31,455 nt of DNA. Source: a virus. The notes beneath the pieces were generated by a model. That model was not told the origin of the DNA and searched no databases. It saw nothing but the letters and a program-made list of their open reading frames with translations. The translations under genes and the position numbers were made by a program. Below, piece after piece: positions 1 through 7,792 of the stretch (position 1 is its first letter; each line of letters opens with the position of its first letter). The DNA is taken from the IMG/VR virus record IMGVR_UViG_3300026885_000038; one strand, 5' to 3'.

Positions 1-60
1 AAGTTCGCCTTCATCAATCCCTGTATCGTTGACACTAAAATATTCCTCCCATCTGGCTAA
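1..60 (+). CDS. Possible 3' end of an upstream gene (partial, KFAFINPCIVDTKIFLPSG*)
   Basis: Frame open from base 1 to TAA at 58-60. Too short to assign. Confidence 0.3.
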   Translation, partial: KFAFINPCIVDTKIFLPSG

Positions 61-114
61 TCAGGATTCCGCCACAGTCAGCCAAGATTTTTAACGAGGA
101 GTGGTTAACTAGTA

Positions 115-1053
115 ATGATGGCGGCATCAATCACCACTGCAAGCAACGTCATTATCGTTGGTACCTCAATCATCGTCCCTGTTGATATACAGAGCAGTGC
201 GATCGCTTACGACACCTTCAACAATGCATGGATTGTTGAGGGTACGGTGGAGGCTAACATTCAGAATGGTACCCTGTACGTTGATGTGGTGAACACACCA
301 ATAGTTTTGGCGACGATTGAAGGACAACCAATCTCCGTTACGGTGGCAAATACTCCCAAGGTACTCGCCACGATTGAGGGACAACCCATCTCCGTGAACG
401 TGTCGAATACCCCCTCCGTGAACGTTGCAAACACGCCAAGGGTATTGGCGACGATTGAAGGACAACCAATCTCCGTCACTGTGTCGAATACGCCAACGGT
501 ACTCGCGACGATTAAAGGACAGCCAATCTCGGTCACGGTGTCGAATACTCCTACGGTACTAGCCACGATTGAGGGTCAACCGATCTCGGTGAACGTGGCA
601 AACGCCCCCACTGTGTTGGCGACAATTGAGGGGCAACCAATCTCCGTCACCGTGTCGAATACGCCCACCGTGTTAGCCACGATTGAAGGACAGCCAATCT
701 CCGTGAACGTTACAGGTGGTACTGTAAACACCGTGAAACAACCTAACGCAACCCTACTAGGACAGGTGGTGAATGGTAGCATAACGGCGAACACAAACAT
801 CTTTGCTAGTAACCTGTCAGTTACGCAACCCAGTAGTATCCACACAGTTGTCGCCGCAGGTGCATCTGGTACGCTAAGCCTGGCGTTAACTGTTGGTACG
901 ACAACTGTACAAAACCACCTCAACAGTGGCAACCCGTTGAACGCAAACTCATGGTATGAATTCAACATAGACTTACCATCAGGAGTACAAATAAACTACC
1001 AGTATACAAGTAACACAACGATAACAATCCTTGTATTAAGTGAGCCGCTCTAG
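115..1053 (+). CDS. Putative virion fibre/spike protein with seven 19-aa repeats and a beta-rich C-terminal domain
   Basis: 312 aa, nearly uncharged and rich in T/V/N/S. Repeat unit NTPxVLATIEGQPISV(T/N)V(S/A). TTTTTAAC TATA-like box at 88-95. Confidence 0.6.
   Translation: MMAASITTASNVIIVGTSIIVPVDIQSSAIAYDTFNNAWIVEGTVEANIQNGTLYVDVVNTPIVLATIEGQPISVTVANTPKVLATIEGQPISVNVSNTPSVNVANTPRVLATIEGQPISVTVSNTPTVLATIKGQPISVTVSNTPTVLATIEGQPISVNVANAPTVLATIEGQPISVTVSNTPTVLATIEGQPISVNVTGGTVNTVKQPNATLLGQVVNGSITANTNIFASNLSVTQPSSIHTVVAAGASGTLSLALTVGTTTVQNHLNSGNPLNANSWYEFNIDLPSGVQINYQYTSNTTITILVLSEPL
292..714 (+). repeat. Coding tandem repeat: 7 x 57 bp plus one 24-bp partial unit
   Basis: Units aligned by hand. 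The protein unit is almost invariant, the DNA differs mainly at third codon positions, and no two DNA units are identical. Confidence 0.95.
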
Positions 1054-1317
1054 CTATTTAATATTGTTTAAAACCTTCCTCAATAACTTTAGTGCCGGAC
1101 CTTGGTACTCCTTCGGTACTAGCAAGTCTATCAAGTTACCAACGTTGTTCTCCTCACCACTACCCTTCTCCATCAGAAGGTTAGCAACCTTGTTACTAAT
1201 CTCCTCCAATTCCTGCAGGGAGAGTTTACTCCACCTAACTTGTAAACCCAAGGCTTTGTTAAGTGTCTCCTCGTACTCCTTCTTAGTGGTCTCATCCTCA
1301 CTTTTCCTTCTTGCCAT
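1054..1317 (-). CDS. Hypothetical helical protein, 87 aa
   Basis: ATG start, overlaps the upstream 61-aa ORF, plausible composition. Confidence 0.7.
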   Translation of the reverse strand: MARRKSEDETTKKEYEETLNKALGLQVRWSKLSLQELEEISNKVANLLMEKGSGEENNVGNLIDLLVPKEYQGPALKLLRKVLNNIK

Positions 1318-1483
1318 TCTTCAGCTCCTCCAATATCTTACTCAACAACTTGTTATTCTCCCTCTCCAACGCCACCAACTCGTTCATCAGGTTAACTAGT
1401 GAGGACATGTTATTCCTAAGGGTTTGTATATCACCACTACTAATCATGTTTGCCACATCTTTGAGCTTTGAAAGACCGCTCAT
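1298..1483 (-). CDS. Hypothetical coiled-coil protein, 61 aa
   Basis: Heptad-like Leu pattern. AAAGTTAAAA promoter about 23 nt upstream of ATG. Confidence 0.7.
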   Translation of the reverse strand: MSGLSKLKDVANMISSGDIQTLRNNMSSLVNLMNELVALERENNKLLSKILEELKNGKKEK

Positions 1484-1505
1484 GACTTAAACTAGTGAGA
1501 CACCA

Positions 1506-1528
1506 TTTTAACTTTTTTTGGGGGTTAA
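1506..1528 (-). promoter_or_regulatory. BRE/TATA promoter (TTAACCCCCAAAAAAAGTTAAAA) for the 1483 ORF
   Basis: Leaderless spacing to ATG 1483. Related motifs at 3042-3062, 23710-23724 and 23750-23766. Confidence 0.6.
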
Positions 1529-1534
1529 GGGGAG

Positions 1535-1566
1535 GAAGTCCTCCTCGTGAGGATGGGGTAGTTCAC
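1535..1566 (+). mobile_element. Isolated IS200/IS605 right-end relic (GAAGTCCTCCTCGTGAGGATGGGGTAGTTCAC)
   Basis: Hairpin TCCTC-CTCGT-GAGGA followed by GGGGTAGTTCAC. Resembles the recalled archaeal IS605 right end GAAGCCCCGTCCGTTAGGGCGGGGTAGTTCAC (24/32 by hand). Confidence 0.6.
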
Positions 1567-1635
1567 CAGAAATCTTCTCCTTCTAAAATCTAGAAATATG
1601 GAAAACTTAAATTCAATTCCGTATATGTTGTATTC

Positions 1636-1974
1636 ATGTTGTCAATACACAGATGGAGGATTTCCTCTTACCTAAACTGTTTGAAGGACTACTACACGGA
1701 TGACAAGGTTGTGTCAACCATTGCCTTCTTAATTGCCTCGGCTAGAGGTGACAACCTAGAGTTCTTCGCACCAGATGATGAAGGTGTGGTGTACACGGAT
1801 AGGTTGGAGGATGTTAAGGGTGAATGTGATAAGTACGTCAGTCTACTTGGTAACCACAATGGGAAGACTATAAAAAGTACAGGTAGAAAACTGTGGTGGT
1901 ATTACGCAAACGAACCTGTGGAGTTTACGGGTGAGGAAAGACAAATCCTATTGGGGCTGGGAATTAGAATCTAA
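1636..1974 (+). CDS. Hypothetical protein, 112 aa
   Basis: ATG with AAAACTTAAAT TATA-like box about 28 nt upstream. Confidence 0.75.
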   Translation: MLSIHRWRISSYLNCLKDYYTDDKVVSTIAFLIASARGDNLEFFAPDDEGVVYTDRLEDVKGECDKYVSLLGNHNGKTIKSTGRKLWWYYANEPVEFTGEERQILLGLGIRI

Positions 1975-2105
1975 ATGCGATTCGTCGAAATTTGATGGTA
2001 CCATTTCTTGAAAGTCCACTAAGTACGAACTCTAATAGTCCATCTATCTACATACTCATCTACGTGAAGTTAATCATTTTAAACCACTGTACAATAAGTA
2101 TCATC

Positions 2106-2408
2106 ATGCCAGCCAAGCAAGATCAAGAGATCGACGAGATGAGGACGGCAATAGACAGAATACTAAAAACGATGGACGAACAGAGTAAAAGTTTACAACT
2201 AAACAACTACAGGCTGGAACAGGTGGAGAAGAAGGTTGACGAACACACAAAGCTTCTCATGGGTGACGTGGAGAATCCGGGTTTACTCGTACATATAGCA
2301 GAATTGGAACGTGACCAGAAAAACAATTCACGGTTGTTACAGCTGTTGGTTACAATGCTGGGTGGTTTGTACGCATTGTTGTTGGCGACTCTCCTACACC
2401 TGATCTAG
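2106..2408 (+). CDS. Coiled-coil protein with C-terminal transmembrane helix (XhlA/holin-like architecture), 100 aa
   Basis: Start moved from 1992 to ATG 2106, which has TTTTAAAC about 27 nt upstream. Coiled coil, then hydrophobic LLQLLVTMLGGLYALLLATLLHLI. Confidence 0.6.
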   Translation: MPAKQDQEIDEMRTAIDRILKTMDEQSKSLQLNNYRLEQVEKKVDEHTKLLMGDVENPGLLVHIAELERDQKNNSRLLQLLVTMLGGLYALLLATLLHLI

Positions 2409-2803
2409 TCGGGATTTTGTCCTTGTAAAACGTAGTGTTTAGCCACATTTGAATATCTCTCATGTAAAACCCTAAACCTATTACAACCATTGCACTGGTA
2501 ATACTTCACATTCCTCCTCCTTAGTGCGAACGATCTCCTCAGGTTGTAGAGGATTGGTGAGATTGAATAAGCCGCATCCTCTCCGAAACCATAAGTGTGT
2601 AGCAATTCGTGTACCACTGTCTCCTCAGTGGCAGTTTTTGAGAGGACTATCACGTCATGTAACCAGGATGGAGTTGCACCGTTAACGTAGTACATCCTTT
2701 CGGAGAATTCGTCCAACACGTAGTCATCAATTATTATCACGTGTTTTGGTGGCTTGATCATCACATGCCTTGATAAAACGTTTTCAACCGTTTCTATGTC
2801 CAT
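2405..2803 (-). CDS. HExxH zinc metallopeptidase-like protein
   Basis: VHELLH motif with downstream E, and C-terminal CxxC (CNGC). ATG at 2803 preferred over TTG at 2833. Confidence 0.55.
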   Translation of the reverse strand: MDIETVENVLSRHVMIKPPKHVIIIDDYVLDEFSERMYYVNGATPSWLHDVIVLSKTATEETVVHELLHTYGFGEDAAYSISPILYNLRRSFALRRRNVKYYQCNGCNRFRVLHERYSNVAKHYVLQGQNPD

Positions 2804-2957
2804 TCTTCCTCTCTCTCCTTGGTACCTCTCCAAGGATGTTGTAGATGTCGCTAATAAACAATTCCTGGAATATCCCTCGTTGACCCTCTATGTGATACTC
2901 CCCAACCGAAAACCTTTGTAGCAACCTCCTCAACAAAGGACTGGCTAAAAGAACCAT
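2784..2957 (-). CDS. Small hypothetical protein, 57 aa (not in ORF track)
   Basis: Translated by hand: MVLLASPLLRRLLQRFSVGEYHIEGQRGIFQELFISDIYNILGEVPRRERKNGHRNG*. Its end overlaps the HExxH gene start. CTATTTATT about 25 nt upstream. Confidence 0.55.
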   Translation of the reverse strand: MVLLASPLLRRLLQRFSVGEYHIEGQRGIFQELFISDIYNILGEVPRRERKNGHRNG

Positions 2958-3047
2958 GAATTAAAAACGTACATCTAGAATAAATAGATTACAATAAAAG
3001 GTTTCTATAATGGGCTATCATTATGGCGGACTTACGCCCCATTAACC

Positions 3048-3062
3048 CCAGAAAGTTAAAAA
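3048..3062 (+). promoter_or_regulatory. Promoter-like CCAGAAAGTTAAAAA facing into the 3' end of the antisense gene
   Basis: Identical 15-mer on the minus strand at 23710-23724. No + strand ORF at leaderless distance. Confidence 0.35.
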
Positions 3063-3075
3063 ATTAATTTCATAG

Positions 3076-3753
3076 TCATAGTTCAGGAAGGAGTTTCATG
3101 AGTTCACGGAAATCATCGATATTGAGAGAGTAAATAACCTTAGAGGCGGGATATCGGTAACAACGTACTTCGAGTTCGCTTAGATGAAAGATATTACCGA
3201 AAGCTTCGAGTTTGCCACGAGCAGTTGATTCATATTCAGGAGCAAGGTTATCATACCAGACTTTACTACAGATATTATCGTCGTAAGGGGCAACGAGGAC
3301 TCTAATGTCTTCAGGGCGTGCAACATGACTTTTAATATATTCCTGGACATATCTATCCGAGACGTAAGGACTGACAGACCAAAACGATAAATAACGTTGA
3401 TTTGGAAAGAAACTCGACGAATAAACGTAATCATAGATCAAAGTTATTTTAGTCGCACGATAAATGTATTTATTTTTAAGATCGTAATTGTCCCACAAAC
3501 TAAGAAAATTGGCAAGCCCGGGTATACAGCGAAGGTCATACTTGATACGTAACCCTGGAATGATTTTATCAACATCATAAGCGAGTTTAATCATAAAAGA
3601 CGAAGCGTCTTCACCATAGCAGGATTCAAGGTAATCACGGTAATACAAAGTAAGAGGATAGACTCTTCTCCACTGTTCCAAAAGAGGTAACTTGGAAATT
3701 ACATCATTAACGATATCTTGATACCGCACCACATCCTTAAAATGTCGCTCCAA
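3076..3753 (-). CDS. Putative ADP-ribosyltransferase-fold protein (R-S-E clade), 225 aa
   Basis: Motifs in ART order: IYRAT, SFWSVS, SELEV (ExE). TTG start. The CDS itself is likely, the function is tentative. Confidence 0.4.
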   Translation of the reverse strand: MERHFKDVVRYQDIVNDVISKLPLLEQWRRVYPLTLYYRDYLESCYGEDASSFMIKLAYDVDKIIPGLRIKYDLRCIPGLANFLSLWDNYDLKNKYIYRATKITLIYDYVYSSSFFPNQRYLSFWSVSPYVSDRYVQEYIKSHVARPEDIRVLVAPYDDNICSKVWYDNLAPEYESTARGKLEAFGNIFHLSELEVRCYRYPASKVIYSLNIDDFRELMKLLPEL

Positions 3754-4334
3754 GTTATAAAATATTTATAAGTCTCACGGAAGTAACATAGAATCATTGT
3801 CCTGGTACTCATTCTTAATGTAGTTTCAAGGTCTTTGACGATCGTCCACTTATCCCCACATATAACGATCTCGTTATTTGACGATATGCTCCCGACCTGG
3901 ACATCATTTAAATAAATTTTGTTATTGGAAACGACAACTGGAGTATAAATCGAACCTAAAGCATTACAGGGTATCGATTGGGAAAGAGGGACGTGGACGG
4001 AAGAGAAGGTAATCTTAGATTTGTCTACCTGGATTCCAAATTTCTCTATAATGTCAGTAGGAATGAAAGAGAGGTACTCGGCAGAGCTCCCAACCATGAA
4101 ACCCAACATCTTCCAGAGGTCTTCGATATTATCGTAAGTCAAGTAATAAAGAGGAGTGACCTTACTCGTAGAAGGATAAACGACTATACGTGTTGCAAAA
4201 GTAGGCAGTATAAAGTAAATTGGTTCAAACGAATCGAATATGGCGTCGTAAGCCTCTATACCGTTAGGGGTGTAAATAGTACCGGAAACGTAGTACTTAT
4301 TCCCTGACTCCACGACGAAAAGTTGTACTTCCAT
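3699..4334 (-). CDS. Hypothetical protein, 211 aa
   Basis: TAATG stop/start overlap with the upstream ORF. No family recognised. Confidence 0.7.
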   Translation of the reverse strand: MEVQLFVVESGNKYYVSGTIYTPNGIEAYDAIFDSFEPIYFILPTFATRIVVYPSTSKVTPLYYLTYDNIEDLWKMLGFMVGSSAEYLSFIPTDIIEKFGIQVDKSKITFSSVHVPLSQSIPCNALGSIYTPVVVSNNKIYLNDVQVGSISSNNEIVICGDKWTIVKDLETTLRMSTRTMILCYFRETYKYFITWSDILRMWCGIKISLMM

Positions 4335-4522
4335 TAGCCCACCATGACATATCCGTTCTTAATAAGATAATCGAGAACCTTCTTGACGCTCTCCTCGGGA
4401 GGCAGTCCTAATATCAGGGAGATACTTTCAGTATAATGTAAAATACCGCTATAATCCACGGTATCACCATTAATAACCCCCATGTCACGGAGAAAACCGA
4501 TAGCGTCTTCAACAGTACCCAT
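4334..4522 (-). CDS. Hypothetical protein, 62 aa (possible winged-helix-like)
   Basis: AAACATTTTTAAC promoter at 4547-4559, about 25 nt upstream of ATG. Confidence 0.65.
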   Translation of the reverse strand: MGTVEDAIGFLRDMGVINGDTVDYSGILHYTESISLILGLPPEESVKKVLDYLIKNGYVMVG

Positions 4523-4630
4523 GATGATAGAAAGTAAAAGAAACAGGTTAAAAATGTTTACTTAGTAATCAAGAAAAGTACGTTTACTGTACTTATCACA
4601 TTCTAAAACAGTTTCGTCGTAACGTGACAA

Positions 4631-4884
4631 AAGTACTCTTCCTACCACGGCGTTGAAGTCAGGAGGAATCCGAGAGGAGTAGTCAGTTGTCCTAAGGGGC
4701 ATAAGCTCCATTCAGATCTTAACGGCGTATTGAACATTCTGAAGAAAGATGTTGGTTTCGTAATTTGAACAATGAAGGAACCGTTGTCTTTACTAGTACT
4801 GAACAACGGAGTAACAACCGTAAAAAGGGCGTAAAACCTGAGAACTCGGAAAATCCTCTCCCTTTAGGGAATGGGGGAGCTCAC
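4631..4884 (+). mobile_element. tnpB: Decayed 3' end of tnpB with IS200/IS605 right end (omega-RNA region)
   Basis: Frame reads KYSSYHGVEVRRNPRGVVSCPKGHKLHSDLNGVLNILKK..*..EPLSLLVLNNGV, matching the Sulfolobales TnpB C-terminus (Zn-finger half and RuvC-III D-x-N-G-x-x-N-I) with an internal TGA at 4766. Followed by the CTCCCTTTAGGGAAT hairpin and TCAC at 4881-4884. Confidence 0.85.
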
Positions 4885-5222
4885 ATATTCTCTGGGGCTA
4901 CCGGGAACGGATAACTAAATTGCCCCTTCTTCAGGTAGTAATTCTCTCCCCATATCAGTTTCCTATTATTCTCCGCAAACCCTGTGGCCATGTTAAACAC
5001 AGCACCGATCACTCCGCTACCCCTCATGCTCACCGTAAGGGTGTTTATAACGTTGTTAAACCTGTCATCAATCACCAGTCTACTCAACGCCTGTCCCTGT
5101 CCAATACCTACAGGGTTATAACCAAAGGGGTGTGGGGACTCTATGACGTTGGGAACCGAAGGTATCACCTCTGGTCCATTTAGTGCCCCTTGCCTGTAAA
5201 ACCTTCTAGTACCATACCTCAT
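4881..5222 (-). CDS. Hypothetical protein, 113 aa
   Basis: ATG 5222 has TTTTTTTATA (5244-5253) about 25 nt upstream and is preferred to TTG 5276. Its stop codon is the TCA of the IS right end. Confidence 0.6.
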   Translation of the reverse strand: MRYGTRRFYRQGALNGPEVIPSVPNVIESPHPFGYNPVGIGQGQALSRLVIDDRFNNVINTLTVSMRGSGVIGAVFNMATGFAENNRKLIWGENYYLKKGQFSYPFPVAPENM

Positions 5223-5259
5223 AGGTGTTATTTCGCGTGGGAGTATAAAAAAATCACGT

Positions 5260-6210
5260 TCAGACTCTTGGGGCAAAGTCCGTATTCCACAGGTACTTAT
5301 TCATCAAAACGAAGTAACCCAGCCCAATAATCACTAACAACAGGAAGTAGATTGGTGGAAGAATTGTCAAAACCCTGAAGAACTCGAACGCCTCAGCCAT
5401 ACCAAAATACCTCAACATCTTTAGACGGTCGCTATACTCAACATGCACGTGGTAAACTGAATAAGCCTCAAGTAGCGTGAAAGTTACAAACAACAACGTG
5501 TTAGAAATTACGTGAGGAATGAGGATAAGGATCAACAAACTATCTATCAACAATCTATCCAACATAAAGAATACCTCAAACAGGTTTGATTTCTTGCCCT
5601 TGCCGTAAATACCATACCTAGAGTAAAGGTTGTCCTCATGCGAAGAGTCCTTCTTGTTACCCTCGTACGCAATTTGATAGAAGATGACATTCACTCCCAA
5701 TAGGAAGAAGACTAACATTAGGAATGGGCTACTACTTTGGAGAAGGAGGGAATAGACCGTTAACGAGGCGAACGATATGGAGATTGGTATCCACGAGTGA
5801 AGGGATACGTGATCCACCCCGTCATTGTAAACATGCCCAAAAACAACGTAGAGTAGTAGGAAGACGAGGGAGAATAACCTACCCGTGTAGAGGGTTAACA
5901 AGATTAAGGAGATGGCAGAGATAACCTGCAACAGATTCACTGCCTTCACAGCCTCGTCATACTTTATTCTTCCGGAGGTTAACGGGTGGTGTACCTTATT
6001 CTCATCCTTCAAATCGTGGTAGTAATCCATAACGCTATTATGCCCAAATGATGAGTAGTGCACAAGTAAGCCCACAAGTACTAAAGGTAAGACTAGCCCC
6101 CTTCCTCCCGCATACATGTATGGTATTAACAACGTGTAGATTGTGGCAAAAGCCGTCTGTGCCCGGAATAGCTGTAACCAGTCACGTATCGAACCTTTTA
6201 CGAGACGCAT
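5260..6210 (-). CDS. UbiA-superfamily prenyltransferase (multi-TM)
   Basis: NSVMDYYHDLKDENKVHHPLTSG matches NxxxDxxxD..K..RP..SG. About 8 hydrophobic segments. Confidence 0.8.
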   Translation of the reverse strand: MRLVKGSIRDWLQLFRAQTAFATIYTLLIPYMYAGGRGLVLPLVLVGLLVHYSSFGHNSVMDYYHDLKDENKVHHPLTSGRIKYDEAVKAVNLLQVISAISLILLTLYTGRLFSLVFLLLYVVFGHVYNDGVDHVSLHSWIPISISFASLTVYSLLLQSSSPFLMLVFFLLGVNVIFYQIAYEGNKKDSSHEDNLYSRYGIYGKGKKSNLFEVFFMLDRLLIDSLLILILIPHVISNTLLFVTFTLLEAYSVYHVHVEYSDRLKMLRYFGMAEAFEFFRVLTILPPIYFLLLVIIGLGYFVLMNKYLWNTDFAPRV

Positions 6211-6285
6211 GAATGTTTTTGAATTTTAAGAATAAGAAACTAACGAAAGGGAAAGGTCATTATTCTGAGTCAACAAAGGGGTGTT

Positions 6286-7728
6286 ATGGTACATATTTCA
6301 AAAAAGGTTATTGACCTTGTTGGTGGAAAGGTTAACACAATACCAGTCATTGTACAAACCAATCCTGAAAAGCTGGATGAGATCTCGAAGGTATACATGA
6401 AGGTCGATAACGGACTTTTGAATGGGTTGAGGCTATCCAGAATATCATACGTTAGAAAGATTCCAACCTTCAGTATGTTCTCCACAGTGTTAACACCAAA
6501 GGAGATTGACGCATTATCACAGGACAGTAACGTTGTTGCAATCTACTACAATGGTAGGAATAGAATCCTCTCGTCCGTACCACAAATGCCAACTAAGGTT
6601 ACACAAACTTACAGTTTACGTGAATTACACAACCCCTACGGTGACACCTTTACCACAAGTGTGTACACGACTAAAATGATTGGTGTGGATACCCTCAATA
6701 AACTGGGTTACCAGGGAGGAGGAGTGAAGGTGGCGATTATTGACACGGGTTTAGCCTTACGCCACCTACAAATGCCTACGGAGGGTGGGTTTAGGTTAGG
6801 GCATTACTCAAGCGTATTCCCGTGGGGTCTCCTTGACACTACTGGGCATGGGACTTGGTGTACCCTATTGATTGCAGGAAGGAAGACAGTCTCAACCCTT
6901 ATGGGCTTGAGGAGTAACCTATTCCCAATAGGTGTGACTGGGATAGCAAGTAAGTCGAGTTGGATGGCAATAAAGGGGTTGGATTACATAGTTGGTACGG
7001 GTACGGATTCGGACTTGATCTCAGCGTTCGAGATTGCCTATAACCAGGGTGTGAAGGTTTACAGCAACAGTTGGGGTGGTACACCACAAAGTGACGACCC
7101 AACGGACTCACCATTCTACCCAGTCCTGGAGAAGGTGACACAAAGTGGGGGCATACCGGTGTTTGCCGCAGGGAACAGTGGTCCTGGTTGTGGTACAATA
7201 GCATCACCGGGTGACTTGCCACAGTCGTTGACTGTAGGTGCGTGGGACGAGATAAACGGTAACCTAGCCACCTTCAGTAGCAGAGGTCCGACAACCTTCA
7301 ACAGTGTTAAGCCAGATGTTGTTATGCCTGGCGTGAATATACTAAATGGTATAACTGGTTGGCTAACCCTTCTATACCAACACCTACCGTCCAGGTTTGA
7401 CGTATTGAGTGGTACTAGTATGGCTACACCGCACATGGCTGGTTTCGCCGTATTGATGGCTGAGGTGTACAGAAAGGTTTTGGATAAAGAGTTGACTACG
7501 ATTGAGATAAAGAGGATGATGTGTAGCTGGGCTAAAGAGAGCGGATTTACGAGGAGCTACATGGCTAACGACAAGTGTGATAGAGATAGGGATGGCGTAG
7601 TTGGAGATGAGGGCTTACCAAGTGAATGCCTTGAGGTTAAAAGTAACGAGATAGGTTGGGGTATGCCAACCTTCAACGTACTTAACTGGTGGTTAGAGAC
7701 CGAGTACTCGACAAGTTTACAAGGTTGA
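6286..7728 (+). CDS. Subtilisin-family (S8) serine protease with N-terminal propeptide and no signal peptide
   Basis: IIDTG, GHGT, AAGNSG and GTSMATPH motifs. GGGGTG SD upstream. Confidence 0.95.
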   Translation: MVHISKKVIDLVGGKVNTIPVIVQTNPEKLDEISKVYMKVDNGLLNGLRLSRISYVRKIPTFSMFSTVLTPKEIDALSQDSNVVAIYYNGRNRILSSVPQMPTKVTQTYSLRELHNPYGDTFTTSVYTTKMIGVDTLNKLGYQGGGVKVAIIDTGLALRHLQMPTEGGFRLGHYSSVFPWGLLDTTGHGTWCTLLIAGRKTVSTLMGLRSNLFPIGVTGIASKSSWMAIKGLDYIVGTGTDSDLISAFEIAYNQGVKVYSNSWGGTPQSDDPTDSPFYPVLEKVTQSGGIPVFAAGNSGPGCGTIASPGDLPQSLTVGAWDEINGNLATFSSRGPTTFNSVKPDVVMPGVNILNGITGWLTLLYQHLPSRFDVLSGTSMATPHMAGFAVLMAEVYRKVLDKELTTIEIKRMMCSWAKESGFTRSYMANDKCDRDRDGVVGDEGLPSECLEVKSNEIGWGMPTFNVLNWWLETEYSTSLQG

Positions 7729-7734
7729 GATCAC

Positions 7735-7792
7735 TTAATAGATCAAGAAAAGAACTGAAAGAAGAAAAAGATTCTCAAAAATTGTATTAAAA
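7735..7792 (-). terminator. T-rich archaeal terminator region after the 126-aa gene
   Basis: Minus strand reads TTTTAATACAATTTTTGAGAATCTTTTTCTTCTTTC directly after the stop. Confidence 0.5.

Noticed and set aside
292-714. Periodic DNA that could be taken for a CRISPR array
   Set aside because: The whole 57-bp unit repeats in frame with no unique spacers. No CRISPR array was seen anywhere in the window.
166-968. Minus-strand ORFs 166-465, 261-566 and 576-968 with repeated peptides
   Set aside because: Antisense shadows of the coding repeat in ORF 115-1053.
1992-2105. N-terminal extension of the 138-aa ORF
   Set aside because: TTG start with no promoter. A TATA box sits about 27 nt before ATG 2106.
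3978-4307. 109-aa + strand ORF
   Set aside because: Lies entirely antisense to the coupled 211-aa gene, with no promoter or motif.
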